A stretch of DNA of 64,000 nt from a virus, in the IMG/VR virus record IMGVR_UViG_3300019760_000006, positions 28,761 through 92,760 of that record. The stretch is one strand, 5' to 3'. Made by a program: the position numbers and the translations under genes. Of this stretch, positions 56,510-64,000 are shown one piece after another. The first letter of the stretch is position 1; the number at the start of each line of letters is the position of its first letter. The notes under the pieces were generated by a model. The model did no database searches, was not told where the DNA came from, and worked only from the letters and a program-made list of their open reading frames with translations.

Positions 56510-57222
56510 AAAAATATTCTATCGGTAACAGAATGAAAGATAATTATGAAAGTAGAAGTAAATATAAATTGATTAGAAGAATGCCTGCGATCATTAGGTT
56601 AGATGGCAAAGCTTTTCATACAATCACAAGAAGGTGTGATAAACCTTTTGATGAAGATTTGTCAATGATTATGATGGAAGGTATGAAGTATTTACTTGAA
56701 AACATACAGGGAGCTAAGTGTGGATATCAACAATCAGACGAGATTTCAATACTTCTAACTGATTTTGATAAACTAACAACAGATGCATGGTTTGATAATA
56801 GTATACAGAAGATTGCAAGTGTTTCAGCATCAATGCTAACAGCCGATGTAAACTCTAAATGGGATTTTGAAAATAGCTTTAACAGAAAATTTGATAGTAA
56901 TAAATATTTCTTGTTTGATAGCAGGTGTTTTAATATCCCAAAAGAAGAAGTTAATAATTACTTTATTTGGAGGCAGAAGGACTGGGAGAGGAATAGTATT
57001 CAGATGCTTAGTAGAAGCTATTTCTCACATAAAGAATGTCACAAAAAGAATTCGTCAGATCTGCATGAGATGCTTTATACAAAAGGTGTAAATTGGACTG
57101 ACCTTTCTGGTAAATGGAAGAACGGTGTATTTATGTATAGATGTGAAGATAAAAGCATTAAATCAGATTGTGATATCCAGTTTATTAAAGATAATTTTAT
57201 TGAGGGTATGTATCTGAGATGA
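56506..57222 (+). CDS. thg1: Thg1-like tRNA(His) guanylyltransferase / 3'-5' nucleotidyltransferase
   Basis: RMK..YE, RLDGKAFH, KPFD, QSDEIS, FD...QK..S..AS, FDSR, YFIWRQ.D..RNSI. Confidence 0.92.
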   Translation: MKKYSIGNRMKDNYESRSKYKLIRRMPAIIRLDGKAFHTITRRCDKPFDEDLSMIMMEGMKYLLENIQGAKCGYQQSDEISILLTDFDKLTTDAWFDNSIQKIASVSASMLTADVNSKWDFENSFNRKFDSNKYFLFDSRCFNIPKEEVNNYFIWRQKDWERNSIQMLSRSYFSHKECHKKNSSDLHEMLYTKGVNWTDLSGKWKNGVFMYRCEDKSIKSDCDIQFIKDNFIEGMYLR

Positions 57223-57393
57223 ATGAATTAATCCTAAACATTATCGGTATTTTAATTATTGTTGGTTTAATATATTTTCTTTTTACTTTTATAAGAAATC
57301 ATGATAAAAGAAAGAATTATTATAAAGAGATTATTAAGAGTAAAAGAGGTTATAGAGAGAAGAGAAATAATAATAAAAGGAAGTAGGTAGTTT

Positions 57394-59118
57394 ATGTCAA
57401 GTAACAGCTATACAGAAGGATATGAAGATCAATACAGAAAATCAAAAGGAAAAAATTGGCATATGAAATCAAAAACATCTTCTTTTAAGACAACTAAAGA
57501 GCAGAAAGAACGAGATCTAATTAATACAAAAAAAGAACTTAAAAGAATTTCTGAATTAGAGACATTTGATTGGACAAAAAGAGGAATTAGAAAAGAAACA
57601 CTTGATCTCTTTGGGGTTAAAATTGAGACAACAGAGACAGAGGGTCCATTTGGCCCTGTAAAGGTTTATTTCCCATATAGAGGTGCTGATGGTAAGAAAA
57701 TCACAGGGTATAAAACAAGAGACTGGAGATTTGATAAAGATGAGGATGGACATTGGGATGTAATTGGTAAGGTTGGTGTGAAATGCCAATTATTCGGTGA
57801 GAAAGAAGTACGGAAGAGTGCTAAAAAGCTGTACATTACAGAGGGGGAGATTGATATGCTCTCTCTTTATCAAGCTATGGTTGATAAAAACGAGGGTGGT
57901 GAGTTCGAGAAGTACACACCAGCAGTAGTGAGTATACAGGCAGGTAGCCCAAATGCTTTGTCTGGCGTTGTTAACAGGGAAGAATTTGTAAAGTCTTACA
58001 AAGAAGTTGTATTGTGTTTTGATAATGATGAGAGATTACCTGGAGAAGGGAAGAATGTTAAACGTGGTAAGGAGGCTTGCGATGAGGTTGGATGTAATTT
58101 AGTCGGCTGTGATGTTTATACACTCCCAATTTCTGATAAGTATAACGACCTTAATGAGATGCTTGTAGATGGTAAGGGGTGTGATTTAGCTAAAATTGCA
58201 ATGTGGGGTTGTGTCAAGTTTAAAAGTGATAAAATTCTTGGTGTTGAAGATATTAATTTTGAAGAGTTGATTAAAGGGAAGGAAAAGGGGGTTTATATTT
58301 CAAGCTTTCCCAAACTCATGGATAGAATTTTAGGGATTAGAAAGAGAGAGTTAACAATCCTCACAGCTTTATCAAATGTAGGTAAGACTTTTGTTGTAAG
58401 TGAGTTTGCTTATTGTCTTGCAGAGCAGCAAAATGAAAAAGTAGCCTTGTTATTCCTTGAAGAGACTGAGCAAGAGACGCTGCTTAGGATGATAGCGAGG
58501 AGGATTAATAAGAATTATTATAAGCTTCAATATGATCCATTAAAATACGCTACAAAAGGAGAACTAAAAGAAGCGTATGATTGGTGTAAAGACAGATTCT
58601 TTTTTCTTGATATTTTTGGTGGCATCCCTGTAGATCAATTAATGAATAAGATTAAAAATCTTGTACATGTTGTTGGTTGTGGATATATTGTCCTTGATCA
58701 TCTTTCTTTTGTTGTTACTACACTTGACCAGAATCAAGATGAAAGGCGTGAGATTGATAAATTGATGACAGAGCTTGCATCATTTGTTGCTAAAACAGAT
58801 GCTGGCATATTTGCTGTCAGCCACCTTAATGGTAAGGCGAGTGAAGAGATTGGTAAGATTGGTGATCTTAAAAAACCTAAATGGATTCCTGTTAAGAAAG
58901 AGCATATGAGGGGGAGTCGTTCTCTTGAACAAGCTGCTTTTAATATTTTAGGGTTGGACTTTGAGATTCTCCCTTCGAGAGAACGCGGGCGTGTTAGATT
59001 GACATCATTGAAAACAAGAAATGGTTGGTCAATCGGTGAATGCGATATCTTTGAAATGCATTCCGAGACCGGGGAGATAATTTTATTTGAGGATGGATAT
59101 AATAAGACAGGATACTAA
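57394..59118 (+). CDS. Primase-helicase (TOPRIM + SF4 helicase, T7 gp4-like)
   Basis: TEGEID, FDND, DLNE; ALSNVGKT, LEE, VLDHL, SHL, RGS..LEQ, LKTR. Confidence 0.9.
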   Translation: MSSNSYTEGYEDQYRKSKGKNWHMKSKTSSFKTTKEQKERDLINTKKELKRISELETFDWTKRGIRKETLDLFGVKIETTETEGPFGPVKVYFPYRGADGKKITGYKTRDWRFDKDEDGHWDVIGKVGVKCQLFGEKEVRKSAKKLYITEGEIDMLSLYQAMVDKNEGGEFEKYTPAVVSIQAGSPNALSGVVNREEFVKSYKEVVLCFDNDERLPGEGKNVKRGKEACDEVGCNLVGCDVYTLPISDKYNDLNEMLVDGKGCDLAKIAMWGCVKFKSDKILGVEDINFEELIKGKEKGVYISSFPKLMDRILGIRKRELTILTALSNVGKTFVVSEFAYCLAEQQNEKVALLFLEETEQETLLRMIARRINKNYYKLQYDPLKYATKGELKEAYDWCKDRFFFLDIFGGIPVDQLMNKIKNLVHVVGCGYIVLDHLSFVVTTLDQNQDERREIDKLMTELASFVAKTDAGIFAVSHLNGKASEEIGKIGDLKKPKWIPVKKEHMRGSRSLEQAAFNILGLDFEILPSRERGRVRLTSLKTRNGWSIGECDIFEMHSETGEIILFEDGYNKTGY

Positions 59119-59140
59119 CTAATAGGGAGATAGTCTTAAA

Positions 59141-61470
59141 ATGAAAATTTACATTATTATGAAAGTCAGAAGGGATATCTCTTCTGTTTACAAAGCTTTC
59201 TACCTGAAAGAAGAGGCTAACGGTTGGTTATATAGTAATATAAACAGATTTCTGCATGACTCTAATGGAGAGGAGGTTAAACATAAATGGGGGTATTGGT
59301 TCGATAAAACAAATAAGTGTTGCCATGTAAACGCTATAATGTATGAGATTCAGAAGCGAGTCCCAGACCACACAATACTGGATTCTTACTATATTGAAGA
59401 AATAGAGGTTAATTAATGACTTTAAAAACTAATGTTTATAAAGAATTTGCAAAACTAATTGCAAAAGATTTAATTATATGTCTAAAGTGGATTTCTATTA
59501 TGGCTATATTGTATATCATATGGTTGATTACATATAATAAGCTTCTTTTAATAAACCCAACTTGTGGTCCAATCATAGCAGGAGGCACTGCCCTTAATGG
59601 ACCAATATTTGGTGGGATAATTATGTTTCTTATTTATTCTTATCTAAAAGATAGGTGGATAAAAGCATATAATAATAAAAAGATGGGGAATAAATAAATA
59701 AAATGTCTGGTTTTAAAAAATATACCACAAAAGAATTACAAGAATTAAATATGATTCTTGTTAAATGTGATTGTTATTTTATTGGTTTTGATGGTAATAG
59801 ATTGCCATCATTTATCTATAAGCAGGTATTGTTTGACAATTTTAGTCAAGCTAAAGATTGGTACTTGGATGAGATTACAAGAAAGATAGAGGATTTTGGT
59901 GTTAGTTTTCACTTGACATTCACATCAGAAGATTGTATAAAGTTTGAATTGTATAATTTAACAACATTGAAAGTTGTTGGTGAAGGGAGTGTAGAGAGAG
60001 TTTATGTAGATTAGTATCAAAATAATTAATAATAGAAATAAGAATAAAAGGAGGCAGGTATGGAGGATTTAGATTTTAGAGTTGGCGATAAAGTATATGA
60101 TTTTATTGAAGGTAATGGTGTGGTGGCACCATGTACAGATGAACTTTACCCAATAAAAGTAATTTATGAAAGTGGTGAGTTTAATAATTTTACAAAGGAT
60201 GGAAAATTATGGCTAAATGAAAAAAGAACTCTTTTTCATGGTCATAATATAGAAGTCATTATTAAAGAAGAAATGCCTATTCGAACTAAGATTAAATGGG
60301 TTTTTGTATACCTTACGAAAAATGGTAGTGCTACCTGCTCTGGTTTTTATGATACAAAAGAAGAGTGTCAACAGGGTTGTACAGATTGTTCAATGAACTA
60401 TAAGATATTGATTGATACCCATGAAGTTGAAATATAATTATAAAAGTAGGTTTATATAAATTAAATGAGGATTGAAACATGAAAATAATTGATGTTTCTG
60501 TAAATAGTGATAAGTATCGGGTTGTATTAGACGATAAAACTGGGTTTAAGTGTTATAGATATGGAGAAGAATGGAAAGATATTGTTGGTGATAATTTAAT
60601 TTATTGGTTAGCTGCTGAACTTCAGGAAGCAAGAGATAGAATAAATACTGCTGTAAAAAGTCTTGAAGTTGTCTTAAACGGTAGTTTAGAAGATGACAGA
60701 GAGGTTTATCTGTTAAATAATTTATTTGAAACCTTATCGTATGGAGAGAATAAATAAAATGCTTAAAATTAAAATGAAATATCAAGTTGAATCATCACTT
60801 GATAATTCGAACATAAAAATATTTACACTTACTAATAAAGAGGTGGCGGGTCATTTGGTAGGTAAAGATGTCTTGGTTTGGGAAAGGGATAGATGGATTT
60901 CAGTGCAACTTGTTGATATTAGGGATTATTTTAAGGTTAGTGGGTTTCCATTTGCTTATGACTTTATAGGAGAGACTCCTGAACAAAAGTTTGAATATAA
61001 AGAGTTGTTTATGCCTGAAAATGTAGATTACCACTGCATCCCGGAAAAGTGTGAATGCTACAGAGATACAATAAAATGTATCAATTGCGTATATGCCCAA
61101 CAAGAGAATTATGAACTTTACAGAAGATGTCTTTTGACAGACAAAAAGTATAAAGATTATAAGATAATTAGTGTAGAAGAGTGTGAATGAAGATAGAGAG
61201 GTTAGATGAATGATGCAAAAAGATATTATTATTGGTGAGAAGTATTATGTTAAAGGTAAAGGTCATTCTATTTTGAATAACAGACCAGGCTATTTTAAAA
61301 GTGAACAGATATTTATTCCAAAGAGGGTTGACAGGAGAAGAGGTAGGAAAGGTGGTTATAGGTATTTCATGGATGATGGTAAGATTTATTTAAAAGCTGG
61401 CGATATTGTTCCTTTTAAATGTTCTGAGATGAATTGTAAAGAGTGTAAGAGGATGGGGTTTACGAGGTGA
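59141..61470 (+). other. String of seven small hypothetical ORFs (59141, 59416, 59703, 60060, 60479, about 60759, 61210)
   Basis: SD-led and co-oriented; 59416 has two TM helices. Confidence 0.6.
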
Positions 61471-61491
61471 TTTAGGAGAGGAGGTTTTGTT

Positions 61492-62169
61492 TTGAGTAGG
61501 AAAATAAATGTAAAAAAGAGACAAAGATTTAATAGATGGGTTGTGATAAAGGAGGTTAAACAAAAATGTAATCAAAGAAGATTCTTGTGTAGATGTGATT
61601 GTGGTACAGTAAGGGAGACTCCGTTAGGACACTTAGTTAATGGAAGTTCTAAATCTTGTGGTTGTTACCACAAAGAGATTGCAACACAAAGTTCTTCCAC
61701 ACACAAAAAATCAAAAACTAAAATATATAAATTATATCACGGGATCAAAAAAAGATGTTATAATGAAAATACAGTCGGATTTGAATACTGGGGCGGGAAA
61801 GGTATTAAGATGTGTGATAAATGGCTAAGTGATTTTGAGATTTTTGAAACTTGGGCATTGAATAATGGATATGAAGAAGGACTTTCTATTGAAAGATTAA
61901 ATAATGAGGAGGATTATTGTCCTGAAAATTGTATTTTTATACCGAGAAATGAGCAACCATTAAATCAAACAAAGAGGAAGGATAATACCTCAGGTTACAC
62001 TGGAGTGTATGTACGAGGTAAAGATAAAGATATCTACTACGCTATGATAAATTTTAATAAGATAAACAACAATCTTGGTACTTTCAGTAGTAAAAGAAAA
62101 GCTGTTATGGCAAGAAATTATTTTATTATTAATAATAATCTCCCACATAAGCTACAGGTGTTGAAATGA
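61492..62169 (+). CDS. Free-standing HNH-type endonuclease with AP2-like C-terminus
   Basis: CRCDCG, SCGC, KRCYN, GGKGI, SIERLNN..DYCPENC, NTSGYTGV. Confidence 0.85.
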   Translation: MSRKINVKKRQRFNRWVVIKEVKQKCNQRRFLCRCDCGTVRETPLGHLVNGSSKSCGCYHKEIATQSSSTHKKSKTKIYKLYHGIKKRCYNENTVGFEYWGGKGIKMCDKWLSDFEIFETWALNNGYEEGLSIERLNNEEDYCPENCIFIPRNEQPLNQTKRKDNTSGYTGVYVRGKDKDIYYAMINFNKINNNLGTFSSKRKAVMARNYFIINNNLPHKLQVLK

Positions 62170-64000
62170 TATACGTTGCCGATAGCGAGTCAGACGGTCT
62201 CTCAGATAAGATGACTAAATTCCACTGTTGGTGTTTTAAAGTATTGGATGAGAAGAGGTTTTTTATATTTTGCAATTATGAGGAGTTAGAGTCTATTATA
62301 GAGGAGGTTAGTGGAAAAAACTATAGAGAACTTTTTGAAGAGAAGTATAATGCAACATTTTTTGAGTTAAATGATTATGTGAAATTATTACAAAGCGAAA
62401 AAACAACTAAGATTATTCTACATAATGGAATAGGATTTGACTATCCAGCCATGAAGAAAATGAATAACATTGACTATGGTATTGGACCTGATTTTATAGG
62501 TGAGAACAAACAACTAATTGTTGAAGACACATTGGTGTGGAGTAGATATTTAAATCCTGAGAGACAACTTCCCAAAGGTTGTCCTAAATCTATACCAAAA
62601 GTTGGGGGCGGCAGCAAGAAAATAGGACCACACTCTTTAGAAGCATATTCTTATCTAACAGGTATTGCAAAACCAACTGTTGTTGACTGGTCAACAAAAC
62701 CTCTTCAGATCTATGTTCATCGTTGTTGTGAAGATGTTTTGAATAATGAAGCAACTTATCATCTCTTATGTAAAGAGAAAGCTGATGTAGCGTTATCTAA
62801 TGGTAGTAAGAAGGGTGATTGGGAAATGCCATTAAAGATGGCTAAGAAGGTTTATCATCTTATGTGTGAACAAGAGAGGACAGGGGTACTCTTCGACCAA
62901 AAAAAAGCGGAAGATCTTGTTGTTTATATTGATAAAGAAATGAAAGAAATTGCTGAAAGAGTTGAACCTATCCTTGGTGAGAGAGAGTTACCAAAAGGCC
63001 AACAACCAAACTTCCCTAAAAATCCTTGGAGGAAAGCTTTTGATTATGAACGCCCATTCACAACAACAGGTAAGCTAAAAAAGGGGGTTATTGATTATTT
63101 ATCTTTAATTGGATTAACCACTGAAAAAGACCAAATAGAATATATAAAAAACAAAATAGAAGAAGATGATTTATCTGGAATTATGAAACACCCATCCCTC
63201 TTATCGGCAAGTGCAATATCTTTTTGTAATAAATTTGGTATTACCGAAGAACAAGAAATGTTTGAAGAGATTTGTAAGATTGAGAGGGGTAATAAAGGTG
63301 TTAAAAAATTAACAGAGAAGTTAAGGCTTAGTCATAAAACAGACACGAAGTATTTTTTGATGCAAGAGTTTGGGTGGGTTCCTACTATCATAAAAAATCG
63401 TAACATCTTAGTTGATAAGAAGACAAAGAAAAATCTTTCAGAAGAGAAAGTTACCGCTGGTGTTGAGAGATATTTAAGGGATATGTATGCCACGCCAATG
63501 TGGAAGATTATTTGTAAAGATTTCGGTTATAAGAAAGAAATCAAGAAACCATTTAGTGAAGCTTTTCTTGCTAAAATAAGAAAACAAGGTAGGAATTTAC
63601 CAGCATCGGCACAATACACGGACCAGAGAGGTGAGCTGTGTCCAAACCTTGGGAAACTAAATGCTCCTGTTGCAAAAGATATTGTTAAGTATTTATCATT
63701 GCAGAACAGAAGAACCACGTTGAAGAGTTTTGATAAAGATACAGGTTGGTTAAATAACAAGAGGTTGGGGGTTGATGGTAGATTACCAGCAGGTCATTCT
63801 GGTATAACCCCTACATTTAGGAAGAAACACACATGTTGTGTTAATGTCCCTAAGCCAAAAGATCATGTGTTGTTGGGTAAAGAGTTTAGAGGGTTGTTTA
63901 TTGCACCTGAAGGATACACTAATGTGGGCGGTGATGGAACAAGTATTGAAGCACTTGTAGCCAGCCATTACACTCTACCTTTTGATGGGGGTCTTTATGC
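62166..64000 (+). CDS. polA: Family A DNA polymerase with 3'-5' exonuclease (partial; not in ORF track)
   Basis: Manual translation open to the window end: DSESDGL (ExoI), HNGIGFD (ExoII), PHSL, RCCEDV (ExoIII), DGRL, R..H, motif A GDGTSIEAL. Confidence 0.92.
   Translation, partial: MIYVADSESDGLSDKMTKFHCWCFKVLDEKRFFIFCNYEELESIIEEVSGKNYRELFEEKYNATFFELNDYVKLLQSEKTTKIILHNGIGFDYPAMKKMNNIDYGIGPDFIGENKQLIVEDTLVWSRYLNPERQLPKGCPKSIPKVGGGSKKIGPHSLEAYSYLTGIAKPTVVDWSTKPLQIYVHRCCEDVLNNEATYHLLCKEKADVALSNGSKKGDWEMPLKMAKKVYHLMCEQERTGVLFDQKKAEDLVVYIDKEMKEIAERVEPILGERELPKGQQPNFPKNPWRKAFDYERPFTTTGKLKKGVIDYLSLIGLTTEKDQIEYIKNKIEEDDLSGIMKHPSLLSASAISFCNKFGITEEQEMFEEICKIERGNKGVKKLTEKLRLSHKTDTKYFLMQEFGWVPTIIKNRNILVDKKTKKNLSEEKVTAGVERYLRDMYATPMWKIICKDFGYKKEIKKPFSEAFLAKIRKQGRNLPASAQYTDQRGELCPNLGKLNAPVAKDIVKYLSLQNRRTTLKSFDKDTGWLNNKRLGVDGRLPAGHSGITPTFRKKHTCCVNVPKPKDHVLLGKEFRGLFIAPEGYTNVGGDGTSIEALVASHYTLPFDGGLY

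Noticed and set aside
236-63968. Numerous short antisense ORFs in the track (for example 236, 1001, 5782, 20620, 21844, 39100, 48136, 63527)
   Set aside because: They lie opposite well-supported genes, lack SD sites and show shadow-frame composition.
1-64000. Genome-wide reassignment of TGA or TAG
   Set aside because: TGA is a real stop in ATGA overlaps (26667, 45619, 56506, 62166), TAG ends several genes, and long genes are intact under the standard code. I found only one in-frame TGA.

Overview
AT-rich segment of a lytic tailed dsDNA phage with siphovirus-type tail genes; no integrase, repressor or CRISPR is visible. Layout: (1-11 kb, minus) nucleotide metabolism and accessory genes (class II RNR, ThyX, HTH-metallophosphoesterase, tRNA-Ile(UAU), many small ORFs); (11-13 kb) divergent non-coding junction A; (13-47 kb, plus) packaging, head and tail operon (TerS, HNH, TerL, GC-rich beta-helix insert, portal, protease, scaffold, decoration, major capsid, three extra virion-like genes, neck, tail tube, frameshifted chaperones, 2432-aa tape measure, Gly-rich fibre), ending in a papain-like / lipoprotein / PLA2-like cluster; (47-49 kb) one minus-strand orphan; (49-50 kb) divergent junction B; (50-64 kb, plus) replication genes (5'-3' exonuclease, HNHs, Thg1-like, primase-helicase, family A polymerase running off the window). 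Most notable: (1) a PLA2-like gene missing from the ORF track whose CxxHD cysteine is an in-frame TGA followed by a SECIS-like hairpin (candidate phage selenoprotein); (2) two homologous arrays of covarying triloop hairpins and fixed-length inverted repeats at the two strand-switch points; (3) six genes, including TerS, TerL and the prohead protease, that appear to start at ATA/ATT/ATC behind extended Shine-Dalgarno sites; (4) several RNA-level switches. All functional calls come from motif recognition by eye, not database searches.
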